A DNA stretch of 64,000 bases from Hydrolagus colliei (lineage: Eukaryota): contig CM068747.1 of assembly GCA_035084275.1 (NCBI GenBank), forward strand, positions 21,762,001 through 21,826,000, read 5' to 3'. Under the pieces are notes generated by a model. It was given only the letters and a program-made list of their open reading frames with translations. It was not told the DNA's origin and did no database searches. The translations under genes were made by a program, and so were the position numbers. Positions 24,138 to 37,733 of the stretch are shown in pieces; position 1 is the stretch's first letter, and each line of letters starts with the position of its first letter.

Positions 24138-26295
24138 TAGTATAGTATATATAGTGTATACACATACTATAACATGGTATAGTATGGAAGGGAATAACCA
24201 TGTTATAGTAGAAACTGTGAAAACACAAAGTACATAAATATTGCTTATATAAATAAATGGCACACCTCTCAACATGGAGATAGCCAATCCTTGATGCTCT
24301 ATCCATAAGGAATCGTTATTATTATTATATTAACCATCAATTTTAACTAATTGCAGCATATAAATATCCCATAGTAGATGTGGATTTTACATCTGATGTT
24401 TCCATACTGTATGATACTTTTCTGGATTATGATTGTTGCTAATAACACAATTATTTTTACATTGATCAACAAGATTGTACTGTACTCCTTATGTTTGACT
24501 GATGTGAAGGCATCTATTTTAAGAGCAACAATTACAAGGGCCAATTAACCTTGCCAATCTTCGTTCTCTGTTCTATCCAGTAAATATCATACTATTTATG
24601 CTGTCTTAAACCCCCAAACTGTTAAAAATCAGAGAAAGTGTTGAAGCACTTTTGGAATCATTGATAATAGGGAGCAGTAGAATATGGTTTTGTGCTATGA
24701 TCTTTCTTCTGATTTTCAAAGTTTCTTGCTTCCTCTTTCAAAGACTGATTTAGGTTGGAGGGAAGTTACATAGGCCTGTGGGTGCTTTTTCTTCACTGTG
24801 TTTTCAAGTACCGGTATATGGTTGAATGAGGAGCAGAACCCTGGCTTATTTTCATCTCTACCCGAAGTAGACTGATTAATGATATCTATTTTATAAATGC
24901 TTGCTGGAAATAAGGTGTAACTGGAAGGAGATTGTAATTATACTGTGTTTCCTGCTGTAAGTCAGCATGCCTTTTGCCTTTCCTCCTGGGGTGTCTTGTA
25001 TTTATTTTCTTCCAAACCTAAACTTCCTTTCATGATTTTTTCATTGGTCTGTTGCCTCCAAAAAGTTTGCACTCTACAGCTGGATTATCACACTTGAAAC
25101 CATTACCATGGGAAAATTCCTCATTCAAGTATTTACAAAGCGTGAAATGTTCATTAATGAGGTGTCACATTGGTTGCTGCAATTTCATTAACACCAACAA
25201 AAACACATCTTTCACACCAGTATGAGAAATTTCAGGCGTTTATGCCATTTATTTCATAAGGTTTGGGTTTTTCACCCATTTCAAAACAGAGGAATGGTGT
25301 TGCCTTGGAGTCACAGGCAGCTGGACATGAAATTAGACAGCTTATTATTAGAAAATACACCCTTGAAACATTGTGACTAGAATCCTAAGAGACTGAACGA
25401 ATGGCGAATAAAACATTTCCGTGATATAGATTAGATAAAAGTAATAAATAAAAAAAGTGAAATTGAATGATATAACACCCTATTTACAATGAATGCTCTT
25501 CATCTTAGTTCGCAATATTGCAAGAATGACATGTTCAAAAGGCTAAAGATAATATATTTGGCTGTATTGTCAAACATAAATCGTTGTGCCCGTTGTCAGA
25601 TTCATTTCCTAATGCAAGAATGCAGTTGATAAATGAATTGAAGTAAGATCACCATATAGGGTACATTCATGTGTAAAATGAAATTCCTATTACAGCGTGT
25701 GGCTTCAAATGAAATAGGCTTTTATACTCTCTGCAGGGAGATGCTTGCTGATTTCTGACACAACCTGCTGAAAGTGGCATGTTCTAATTCTATGGTTCCT
25801 GTTCACCATTAGAGAAACCTGTGCTGTTTTGTTTTATTGTTGTAAAGATTATACCCATCGTCAAGTTCAATTCCCTGATGTGATCGCAATCAAGGTCAGC
25901 AATGAGGATTTTATATTTGGCCACACAAATCCTAAGCAAAGGGCATGGGGTGGGGAGTGAATAAGCTTTCCAGATCACTACCGTGATTGCGTGCAATTAG
26001 CTGTCGCATTTCCCCCAAAATTTATACAAAAACTGGGGTGCGCTGACAGATCATTCAACAAAGTTAAATAATTTAAATGACCTTGTATGGATCACCAATG
26101 AGGCTGGATTTGGAATAAATGTACCACTTATAATTTTGAACACTACTTTCAAAAGCATTGATTAGATTTCTGAGACAAATGACACAGATGATTTGGAATT
26201 TAAAGCCCTTGAGACTATTGTTGAGTCGAGAATCGACAATTGTGAAGTTGATTTGTTTTCATGGAAAATAAGTGGACTCAAGAAACAGGAATCAT

Positions 26296-26590
26296 GGAGT
26301 CCTGCAGCTCAGTGGTTGGAGCCCTTGCAAGTGAGAGACCTGGGTTCGATTCCCGGAAGGGCAAAACCTTCGTCAAATTTCCTTACTCTACATGTCTGAT
26401 AATAATCCATCCAAATAAAAATAAATTGGTCACTTCAATTCACAACTGTTTGTGGGTCATTGCTGTGATCATTGGCTGCCGAGTTTCACCCACAAATATA
26501 GTCAATTCATTTTACATTATATTCCGTGAAGCGCTTTGAGTTGTCTAGAAGATGTGAAAAACTCTACATCAAATGCATGGATTATTATCA
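26296..26590 (+). mobile_element. tRNA-derived SINE (short subfamily), near full length
   Basis: AGCTCAGTGG A box, GGTTCGATTCC B box, core and tail as in the other copies. Confidence 0.9.
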
Positions 26591-27391
26591 TAGCCTATAA
26601 AATCATGAGAGGCACATTTTACGTAAGAGTAAACAATCTCATTGGTTTTAAACCATAAGAATGGACCAGTAGGGCCAAGTTTAAAAATAAAATGTTGTAA
26701 ACGTGATTTACATGAGGATATTTTCCCCCACAAAAGTGCAGAAACCTGACAGATACTCATTTTGCCAGGTGTCCAAAGCCATGTTCAATCTGTAAGAAAT
26801 GATTTCCTTGACACTTTAGGAGTCAAATGGGCAACACATCACAATCTAGGAACAATAACAACTTGGGCTCAGATATAGAACTTATCACACAGGACAAACG
26901 TCTCAAAGTGCCTCAAAAATATATATTCTTACGTTGGTAGAGAACTTTACATAGTTCATATGAAACCCTTTTGTTGAGATCTAATAAGATATTGGATGAC
27001 AAAAGCAAATCATTTCAAAACTCAATGTCTGAGTCTCTGTATAATTCTATCAATAACATAATTATTGATTTGTGGTGGGCTTTTCTCTGTTTAATATCCT
27101 GGTAGAGTTCATGCATATCTGCAAGTATAAGTGGGTATCATTTATTGCTTTACTATTTAGCCTCAATTTTTGTTTAAATTTTTGCAGATGGATTTTGACG
27201 CTCCAATATTGATTCTAATTTTGCTAAATTCTTTTATGTGGTTTGATAAAACATGATAATTTTATTACTGAAAATAATGCATTTGTACAAAAAGACAGTG
27301 AAATGTCAATATCATAAAAAAATCTCAACCTCAGAGAATCATAAAAGCTAGATTTTGTTTTAGTAATACAGTATTTTCACTATTTTATTAG

Positions 27392-27735
27392 AATAGAAAG
27401 GAGACCTGATAGAGGTGTTTAAAATTATGAGGGCTTTTGATAGGTAGACATCATTATGACTGGGTTTGTGTGTCAATGACTAGAGGGCATCAAATTAAGA
27501 TAATCAACAACAGGGAGGATTAGGAGGAATTTTAGGAGAGTTAGGATGTGGAGTGCTTTGTGCATACAGTGCATACTAGCTATAAAGAGGGAACTATATA
27601 GCTGAAAAAGAGACATTTGCAGTGGTATGGGGAAAAGGCAGTTAATAAGACTGAATGTATTTCACTTTCAAAGAACCAGCACGCACATAATGAGCCGAAT
27701 GGCCCTCTTCTGTGCTGTAAACTTCTATGCTTCTA
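27392..27735 (+). mobile_element. Degraded CR1 3' fragment
   Basis: GGAGACCTGATAGAGGTGTTTAAAATTATGAGGG (GDLIEVFKIMR), TAGAGGGCAT and GAGCCGAATGGCC..TGTGCTGTAAACTTCTATG 3' end. Confidence 0.82.
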
Positions 27736-28450
27736 AATGTTTCTTAGATAAAATTGAGTGATTGTCCATTTAAACTGAAAAACGAATGGGATTCAATGGA
27801 CACAGATATGCTTTACTTCCAGCATAAGTAGCCCTAGGTAGTGATGAAAAACAAGTTAGACGATTTGTGGCTAAATGTATGAATTAAAATGTATTCCACT
27901 TTCACATTGAGAGATTTTTGTAGAATTCAGCCTTTTTGTTGTTTAGCATTATAGGAACACAGGAAATGTTTAAAACCAGAAAAGATCACTGGAGTTCACC
28001 TAGCCAATCCCAAAGTTTAAAATGTTTGTAAAAAATTCTTTAGTATTTTTTTGCGTCATACGTTCCACACACTGTATTTGAGTCTTTGTCTCCTTCTTTT
28101 GCATTGTGCTGATTGTGCAGATGAAATATTGCTGAAATCCATAATTTGGGAGAAAATTAAAAACCTAACTAATTCATTTGCAAGCAAGTGCTCCATAGAC
28201 TTTATATGCTTTCTTGTTTCTGGGCCCACAAGTGAATAAACATTCCCAGTGGGTATATTCATGTGTTATAGTAACAGACCTCTTTTCATCTGGGAAATTC
28301 AAAGTATGTGGAAGATAATGCATGGTTGAGCAATAATTCATTTGCACCATTTTGGGCTTTGATTTTCCCACCGAGCTCTTCCTTCGTGACATCACTTCCG
28401 CCAGCCAAATTCGAATCTTTGGCAACAGACTTGGATAACTCACACTGGGG

Positions 28451-28632
28451 CAGTGGCTTCCAAACTTTGAATAGCGGCGCCCCATCCCCTCCTTCACACT
28501 TGGCTCCACACACTCAGGTCCTCGGCTCCACATGTATTCGGGGGCTCAAGACACTAAAGCTCCGCGACCCCCCCTCCAGCCAACGCTATGCACCCCGCAA
28601 GTGTGGCGCTCCCCACTGTTTGGAAACCACTG
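28451..28632. mobile_element. hAT-Charlie-like MITE (copy A)
   Basis: TIRs CAGTGGCTTCCAAAC / GTTTGGAAACCACTG, homologous to 37734-37925. TSD not preserved. Confidence 0.85.
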
Positions 28633-29344
28633 CCATAAACCAAGAAGCTTGAACATTAGAAACACCGCAAGACTGATTCATTACCTTATAATCACATGCT
28701 CTATCTAATATATAGGCAGCAGTTTGGCTGCAAAAAAAATAATTGTTATTTATTTCTGCAGACTGCTATGGAGTTGCAATGTTGAGCAGTGTTGAGCAGA
28801 AGTGCAGTGTTTGAGGTGGAAGGGCAATAAAGATGTCAGTAATTTAGGAACTGAAAGTATATGGCTCTACATGACTTGGTACCATATTACCAGTTTTCCC
28901 AGCAGAATACAGGAATGTGTATGGTATGTTATATGGTTTTATTGGTGTACTATGTCAAAGAAGTTACAGTTGAACAAATAATTTGGTTTGGAGGTACATG
29001 ATTACTGTGCTGCAACAAATGTAAGTCTTCTGGGTATGTGACCTTTCAGAGACTATCATGGGACCAAACGGTGAAATATAGTACATACTTCATTTGTGTG
29101 GAAACAGGAGACATGTGTACTTGTGGCAGTGCATTAGATTAAGACAAACCAACTGTCTTATGCTGCAATACAGGAGTGTAGCTTATTCTTAACAGACTGT
29201 ACTTGAGCAAAGTTACCAGTTCAGACCATGGACAGTTAATTTATATAAAATTCTGCTGCCAGATTACTTGCGTGTGGGTGCCCGTTTTACTCAAGAAGAA
29301 TGTTAATCATCGATGGACTGCTCCGACAGTGTGTAAACATTCTA

Positions 29345-29775
29345 TGCTGCCTAAATATATCTCCTGGATCATTGCATCATGCCATCCTCCTCCACCGCCT
29401 CTACTCCCCCATCTGGCTCAGTGGGACCGGACTTTCCTGGTTCGAGTCCTACTCAACTGACCACCATCATTTTGTCTCCACAAATGTATTTTCCTCCTGC
29501 CCCTGCAAATGTGTTTCGCCCACTAATATACAGTTACTTTTCCTACTATTCTTCATCCTGCCCTGATCCTTCCCACCCTGCTCTTGTCCTACCTGACTGT
29601 ACAGCGCCTTGGGACGTCCTCTCGACGTGAAAGGCGCTATATAAATGTAAGTTTTGTTTGTTTGTTTGTTGTTATGGTCACCTGCTCCCCCCCCAGCTCA
29701 GTGCCAGGCTCTGCCACTGTTAAGTGCTCAGAAACGCCTATCCTGGATGGGCGCGTTATAAATGCAAGTTGTTGC
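29345..29775 (+). mobile_element. L2 fragments with two successive 3' tails
   Basis: [21 protein letters not shown] fragment, tail 1 (GGGACGTCCTCTCGACGTGAAAGGCGCTAT, ~29610-29670) and tail 2 (GATGGGCGCGTTATAAATGCAAGTTG, ~29745-29775). Confidence 0.8.
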
Positions 29776-29985
29776 AAGGGAGGGAAGGAGGAAGGAAGGA
29801 AGTATTTTTGGCCAATTCAATCATTCTTTTATAAATGTTTAGCTCTGTTGACTATCATAAACATGCCATTTCTGCACAGATTAAATTTTACACTATATTG
29901 TATTGTTAATAATTCTAAAACCACAATTTGAGATACTAATTTTGCCCCAAAAGTACTCAGTCAATTCATCTTACAGTGTATTCTG

Positions 29986-30889
29986 TAAGGTCCGTCGATA
30001 TGGAAATTTTCCGATTTAGATATATCGATGGGCTCATATCGAGATATACCGAAATATCGATATTTTCGGGTTTTTCGTGCGCACGTATTCGGAGTGCGCG
30101 CGCGTTCCGGGTGCGCGTGCATTCGGGGCCTATCTCCTCAGGAGGTAAATATCTTTCTCTCTCTGTGTCTCTCACTCTCTCCATCTCTGAGTATTTCTGT
30201 CTGTGTCTCTCTCACATCCCCCCCATCTCTATCTATCTGTATATTAGCACATCCACCCCGTCTCTCCCCCCACCCCCCACCCCCCCGCCGCCATCTCTCT
30301 CCCACACCCACCCCCCCAGCCGTCTCTCTCCCCCCACCCCCCTCCAGCCGTCTCTCTCTCCCGCCACCCACCCCCCCGGCTGTCTCTCTCCCCACCCCAC
30401 ACCCTCCCAGCTGTCTCTTTCCCCCTCCCCACCCCGCCATCTCTCTCTCCCACCCCCACCCGCCATCTCTCTCTCCCATGCACACCCTCCAGCCGTCTCT
30501 CTCCCCCCCAGCCATCTCTCTCCCCCCCCCAGCCGTCTCTCTCCACCACCCCCCAGCCGTCTCTCTCCCCCCCCCCGCCGTCTCTCTCCCCCTCCCCCTC
30601 CCCCCAGCCATCTCTCTCCCCCTCTCCCCCCCCCACCCCCACCCCTTGCATACCTGTATATTGTATTCGAGAACTATGAATACAATATGATGGCTTTGCA
30701 CCTCGGTCTGTGCATTGTGTATAGAGATGAGCATTCTGGGTCTTGTAGTTCAGTGTGCGCGCATTCCGATTTTTTACCTCGATATATCGACCTTTCGATA
30801 TATCGATATTTTTGAAATGCCTGTATCGGTGTATCGATATGAAAATTATATCGGGTTTTAGCGATATATCGATATATCGCCGGACCCTA
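29986..30889. mobile_element. Non-autonomous hAT element with CGATAT subterminal arrays, inserted in a SINE tail
   Basis: TIRs TAAGGTCCGTCGATAT / ATATCGCCGGACCCTA (14/16) and a perfect 8-bp TSD GTATTCTG (29978-29985, 30890-30897). The flanks rejoin as a SINE 3' end. Confidence 0.92.
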
Positions 30890-32199
30890 GTATTCTGTGA
30901 ATCTCTTTGAGACATTTCGAAGAAGTGATAAGGCGCTATATCAAAGTCAAAGATTATGATTATTATGATTACATTTCAGTGTGGTAATGTGATTTGTGTG
31001 ACAGGTAATGAAATGTAATTTTCAAAGAACAATAAAAATATTTTTTTACTCATTCGAATACCTGTACTAGAATACTGCAGCAAGTTGAAAGATGGAGATT
31101 CAAGTTCTGCTTGTATCACAGCCCTTCCCTCTGGGATAAGTTTTTGATAGTGTTGGTTACACTAGACTTTGTAGTGAATGCTTGAAAATGAAATGATAGT
31201 TGACATAATGTTGATGAGTGGGAAATTTATTTTCTACTTTTTTATTCAAACGTCAGATTTTAATACTTAAGTATTTATTTCTCTAGTTTACAGGTTAACT
31301 TGCTGGGCTCTGCACACAATCATTGTGAGGGGCAGAGATCTAATAGAACAAAATTCATTCTTTTAATAACCTGCATGAGGGAGTTAAACACAAATATTTC
31401 ATACCTCCATGAATTGTTAACAAGTCTGGATCTTACCTCAGTCCCAGTGGAGTCAATTACAGAAGGATTCCCTGCCAATCAATATTGTCCAAAATCCCAT
31501 AATAGCCAGTATCATTTAATTTCAGACCGCTAAATTTTGGCATTACTTTCTATCACATGCAAAATTGCAGGATTAAATACATTTACAAAAACTTTAAACT
31601 AACAATTTCAGATTTTCAGGTCAATTTATTTTGAGGCACCTTAAAATAATTGAGAAGTACACGTGTCTAATTCAATTGTAAAATCAATGTTGCAAGTCAT
31701 TCCAAGAAGAATTGTCATCTATTGTTATGTTGAAATCTTATTAATTTAGTGTGTTTCATAAACATCTACTAGATGTCACTGATATTGACTCTCAAAGGAT
31801 TTCGAATCCATCTTACTAATGAGTGAGTGCGATCTCCCTGCACCTCCCAGTATGCCAATTTGGCCAACCTGCCAACGTATTTCCATTCAATGATGTGGGG
31901 CAAATGTTTATTCCTGAAAGGTAAAAAATGAAAGGATAAAATTATGAGAAGAAAAAAAAATCTGTTGGATTTTAGAATCAATTAACATTAAGTTTAGTCC
32001 TGTTGCAAATGTCACAGCAACTTAGCTAAAGCTTGTTGTTCAAGATGCCTCTTTCTAAGTTAGGTATTCTGGTTCCAGATATAAACAATGGTTCAGACAG
32101 ACAGATAGACAGGCAAGGCCAGGCTTTCCAGAAACAGAACGTGTCAGAATACACTCGGTTCGATTTTCAGGATCTATATTCCCTGTCAAAGTAATAATT

Positions 32200-32480
32200 C
32201 CTGTGTAGAACCAAGGTAGCACTGAGTATTATAAGTTACGACATGCAGAACCAAAACAGTTATAAACTGGGTGCTCCGACATATGGTATACAGAATCAAA
32301 GTAGAAAGAATTTGAGAGTTTATAGTGTGTGGAATCACACTAGACAGAAGCTGTGCGCTATAACATATGATATACAGAACCAAGCCGGACAGAAGTTAAG
32401 TTTTGGAAGATTATGGCTATATAGAAGCAAACTGGATAGAAATTGGGAGTAGTAGGATATATTATAGAGCAAATTAGATG
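32200..32480. repeat. Highly degenerate ~39-47 bp minisatellite (about 7 units)
   Basis: AGAACCAA-like cores at 32207, 32247, 32292, 32331, 32376, 32423 and 32466. Confidence 0.6.
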
Positions 32481-32969
32481 CTGACAATGGTAAAAAAAAA
32501 TGCTGGTGTCCCTAAAATGGATATAAAACATAGTCAAAATTCTATCTGCCTCTGTTCGGAAAATAAGTGGAGTATTTGTGTCAGTTATCCAGGTACATAG
32601 CTGTCTCCTGGCTCCTCCTAATCCAAATCTGCCACTGAATTCAAATTAATTGACGACTCTACTGATAGCTGTTTATGGGGCATTGCTGATGCAGACGAGC
32701 TGGCACGGTTGACCATTTAACAACATTCACTTTTATTTTTTGAAATCATGTTCACTGTATAATATTGAGCAAACAACAACATTAATGTTACAATAAAACA
32801 AAGTAACATTGTTACATTTATAGACCGAGTTTCACATCGGGAGGATATCTCAAAGTGCTTCACAGAGTTTATCAGGAGCCCAAACTGGTGTGGTGGTGGT
32901 GGTGGGGGTAGGGAAGAGCTGGCGAAGGTGCCAGGCTCTGTGTGTGTGTGTGTGTGTATATATATATTT

Positions 32970-33140
32970 AAAAGGACTGTATTACATTTGTATAGCGACT
33001 TTCAGGTCAGGAGGACGTCCCAAGGTGCTGGAAAGTCAGAGATCTGAACGCGAGTTGGTGGTTGTGATCAGAAAGGATAGAAGCTGGGTGGGGGTAGGAT
33101 GGTGACCAAAGGCACAGTTGAAGAGGAGGGTCTTGAGACT
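32970..33140 (-). mobile_element. L2 3' fragment
   Basis: TTACATTTGTATAGCGACTTTCAGGTCAGGAGGACGTCCCAAGGTGCTG..GGTGACCAAAGGCACAGTTGAAGAGGAGGGTCTT. Confidence 0.75.
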
Positions 33141-34074
33141 GTGTAAAATTTGAACGAGCCATTATGTGACGTCCTACACAAGAACCTATTCAAATTCTAC
33201 AGATCAAGCAAATAATGTATTAACAATAATTATTTGCATTTATACAGCACCTTTCACATAAAAAGAACCACCTTCCGATCTCATATTAATTAACAAATCC
33301 TAACGTAATATTGGAATGGCAGGATAACCTACTGGAGATAAAAGAGAATTATTATGTTGTGTTTCTCTACAAAGTCTATTTTATAGGTCCCTTACAAACA
33401 AGTTCTTATTTGCAGAACCTTAAAATTAATCAAGTTGATTTCAGATGTCATTTCACAGACCAAACACTGCATTGCTATCGTCAAATACAAAACTGCAACA
33501 AATCTCTTTTTGCGACCAATGTCACCTTTTCAGGACTATTACCGTGGTAGTACAGATCGTTAGGCAGACAAACTGTGCATAAATATCCCCCATTGCTGAT
33601 TTACTTAATGACAATGTCGAACGTCCAATGACAAGTGAAATCAAATGATTCTGTGAGAAACCTTCAGTGTTTTCATTGAGATTTAATTCACAGTTAACGT
33701 GATTTCTGTGAAGGCTGAGGTCATTCTACTCCCATCTCTTTCTATTAAGAGTCAGTGCAATCATGAGTATATGTCACACATTCATAAGATTAGGAAAATA
33801 TATTTTATTTCTGTCAAATATGATTCTTCAAAACTAGATGCAGTTTGGTTGAATAACATCTGTACTTTTTTTTGAAGAAAGATTTGAAATAGAAGATTCA
33901 TACAATAATAACAAGATTGATGTGTTTACTATGTTAAGTTAACTCTTGATGTGAGTAAACATAGTGGAGTGTTGGATGATCATAGTAAGAATGGTTTGTG
34001 TTTAGCATTCCCTTAGAAACCAGAGGATGAAAGTACCTGAAAGAGAAAAACAAGGTTAATTTAGCACATTGAAA

Positions 34075-34368
34075 CCTATATACGAATCCAGGCAGGTCAG
34101 GGCGAAACCTTGGGCAAGTTTCCTTACTCCATATGCCTAATAATAATCCGTCCAAAAAAATCCAACAATAATGAAATTACCAACAAAATCGGTAATTTCA
34201 ATCCATGACTGTTTGTAAGACACTACTGTGCACAATTGGCTGCCACATTTTGCCCATAAATGTACATTCAATTCACTTTACACTATATTCTGTGAAGCGC
34301 TTTGAGACGTTGATAAGATGTGAAAAGCGCTATGTCAAATGCAAGGATTTAATATTGTTATTATTATT
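34075..34368 (+). mobile_element. tRNA-derived SINE (short subfamily)
   Basis: CAGGGCGAAACCTTGGGCAAGTTTCCTTACTCC, then core and tail. Confidence 0.9.
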
Positions 34369-37300
34369 GAAGGTTTGTGCAAAGTACAATAAGGAGGAAG
34401 TCTAGCTGGGAAGGCATTTCAAAAGATGTTTTAACTCCAGTTCACACAAGGAGTTAGTGAGGTGAATGAATGACGCAATGAGTTAAATGCAATGAAGAGC
34501 ACGACTAATGCAGACATGGATGTAGTGGCCATTACTGGACATATCCAATAGAAGGAAGAGGAGCAGTCCATAGCATAGAGGACATCAGAGGTTCACAAGT
34601 CACACCTGGTAACACCCAAGTACAAGAGAGTATTACAATGCGTTGCATTGTATTACCTGGGTGTTACAGGGGAACAAGTGCCTGGGGAGATTTGGACTCA
34701 CCAAGGTGCTCTGAATGAGGTGCACCATCTGGTCTGTGAAGACTCGCAGGGACAGAACATCAATAATATTGTCTGACTTGTGGCAGTGAAATGCCCTCAA
34801 TATTCAAGGCACCCACACTGGACATCATAACTGTCAGACTGTTTTCTTGTCTCCCATTTCATTAACAGGTAACTGAAACACTATTTTGTCAGGCAACATT
34901 CTGCCAGCAACAGCCCATTTTTTTTCCCAAGGAGTTCTACATTATAATGTCATTTGCAATTTTGTTCTGTTTCTTTCTTTGGTTTGTGAACAACTATTTA
35001 TTTTAGATATCATTTTTAAAATTGTGACACAACGCAGGCATTAGCTAGCATTAAATGAATGAATATTTATTACAACAATAATAATAACAACAACCATAAA
35101 CCTTGCATTTGATTCAGTGCATTTCACATCAAGAGGATGATTGAAAGCGCTTCACAGGGTTTATTGTAAAGTGTGACCATGTATTTTGAAGCTGAACACC
35201 AACATTTGAGCACATCAATGTTCCACAAACAACCAAGAAGTGATTGGACCATTTTGTTTGCCAGGAAGCTGGGGAAACTCTTGCCTCTTCTCTTAAGTTC
35301 TGCAGTGTGTATAGCTTATGTGTGTAATGTCATTCCGTGCTGGCTGTCTATGGGCCATGCTAGGTGTCTCCCCAAAAAGCTTGATTGAGTCATTGTGCAG
35401 TTACAGAAGATGCTGAAGGTCACTACCTGTGTCTGTGGCACAGATGGAGCTGTAGCAGTGATTGTTTGCCGCAGGAATCCGTGCACACATCGACATTTTT
35501 TCTGTATTTTTTTCTTTTCATTGATGCATAAAAGCAACAATACTCAAAATGACAGTTCTCATCTTTTTTATTACCTCAGAACAAATGTAAGCTCAGTATT
35601 TAGAAATTGAACAGGCCCCAGTATGTAAAATGGATATGACAAATGTGATATCTGTTAAGTGAAACAAAGCAAACTGGATTACAAAAAAAGGATATTAGCT
35701 TATTTAAACACACAGTTCTTATGAATTTTTAGAGACCAAAATTAAAAGGGCAGAGGCAATATAAAGCCTATTCAAATTCAGAAAAAAATGCTTCACTTAG
35801 ATTTGGCTTAAACATGTCTCGAATTCAAGCTTTGGGGATCTCAGCAATTTCTTTTATTTAATTTCAAAAGTGCATCGCAAAATAATTCACTTGAAATAAA
35901 AGCCATCCAGTGTTGCTTGATTACTCAGATAGAGTGCAAATGTCGCGGTGTCTGTTTATCTTCAGAGCTCTCAGTTTACCATCTGGGTCAAGTATAGCTC
36001 TCATGCTACAGTACGACAGCAGCCTGTTCCTCAGTCACATCAGGACGACTGTTGACTCAGAAATTTTATAGGTCATTCATATTAAAGTTGCATTACACTA
36101 TAAATAAACCCTCAAGAATGTCAACCTTTGAAGAATACATATGGACAATACTAATGTTTTTTTTTAGAAACACGTTTAGCCTTTAGAATGGTTGCTTTTT
36201 AAACTATTGATTCTATTCTGCAGTGTGATTGTTTGTAACCAGAGAGCAGTGGACCAGATTGCTCTTACTCTCCTGAAAATGATGCTTGACATTTCACTGG
36301 CAAACATTGCCTTTAAACTTGTCTCTGCGGGCATTGTTGAGGATACTGCAGAATGGTACTGCTGAATTTGCTGATCTGCAGTGCAGCAAGTTTAAAAATT
36401 AACTTTGAAAAATGGCAGATTTTATCGTTTACCTCCGTGGAACTCTGTTTTCAAGTGCGAATGTGGCACTCGTAAATAACCTCTCCAGCAATGTAAGTTT
36501 CCATCTATTGCTTTTGTAAGTGGGAGTGGAATGAGCAAGGTGTTTGAAGTCTAGGGTGAACTTACATCAGTGTTGGTGAAGGTCGATATGATTAACGTGT
36601 TACAACCTAGCAATCCCCACAACAAAAGCTATAAGATATTGAAATTAAGCCACAAAAGATTAAAAAAAACAATCTTTTTTCACAGATGGATAAGAGGAGG
36701 CAACTACTTTATAAGCATTGGATTTATGACAGAATCTGTAAAAGGTAAAATCCAGCAAAGGAGATTTAACAATAGTGTTGGGAATTGAAGCAGTTTAAAA
36801 GTGTAAATGTTCTCTTACGTACAATATTAAGGAATCAGCTTGTTAAGGTCCAGCTGAACAGTTATCAACATATATTGGCGAGCTCCTAAAATGTCTCTTC
36901 TGCATAGCAAATGTTTGCCACTTATTTAAACCAAAAATTGCACTGAAAGATAAAAGATCCAATGATAGGATCATAGCTCCAATGGGCCATGATGTCTGTC
37001 AGAAATGAACTCCCTGTATGGAAACTACCGCAATGTGTAGCAATTATCTCTCTGTGCAAAGTACAGGATACCTTAAACAGCTTGAAGTAGTGGAAGAGCC
37101 TTGTCATTTCAAGTTGAAGCTCATGTCTTTCACAGTCTGTGTTCAGTTATATAAAATCACCTGTCGTTGATCCTATTGGAACAATTGAAACATGAAATTT
37201 ACATCTCACAATGTTTTTCGGAATGTGCTGTGCATTGGAATTTATAGTTTCAAATGGAGTTTTATGGTGATATTTCTGATTGCAGTGTATCATGTAAAAT

Positions 37301-37733
37301 CCAGTCAGTTTTCCTGTGTGACTATTGGTGTAAGAATCATAGGTAAATTATTGATAAGGTTTGTTCATTTGAAGTGAATTTTCCCAATTCTATTTAACCA
37401 TGTCTTGCTCTGTCGATTTTAGATCTCCTGTTCATTTCATTCTTGATTGTTCATGAAACAGAATAAACTTAAAAGGTTGCACTCTTCCTAAACAAACCTA
37501 ATTTCTAATATTGGCAATTATGTTTCAGAAAGCTTTATTTTGTATAAACTAAGTTTTTTTTTAGAATAAGAATAAAGGAGAAATATACTGCTTGGTTTTT
37601 TTTTGTGTGTGGATGAACATAGCAGCCAATTTGCAGGATTGTAGAATTGTAAAGGAATATTGTTCATGCTTACTCTTATAAATGCACATTCAATGCTCCT
37701 CCCAACTGTTTTCAAGGCCAACTCCCTCTACTC

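Noticed and set aside
29976-30915. Long Pro-rich and Gly/Glu/Arg-rich ORFs on both strands
   Set aside because: They are products of the low-complexity C/T core of the hAT MITE, with no transposase motifs.
32200-32480. CRISPR-like repeat-spacer array
   Set aside because: The context is eukaryotic, the core is only ~8 bp and degenerate, the spacers resemble each other, and there are no cas genes.
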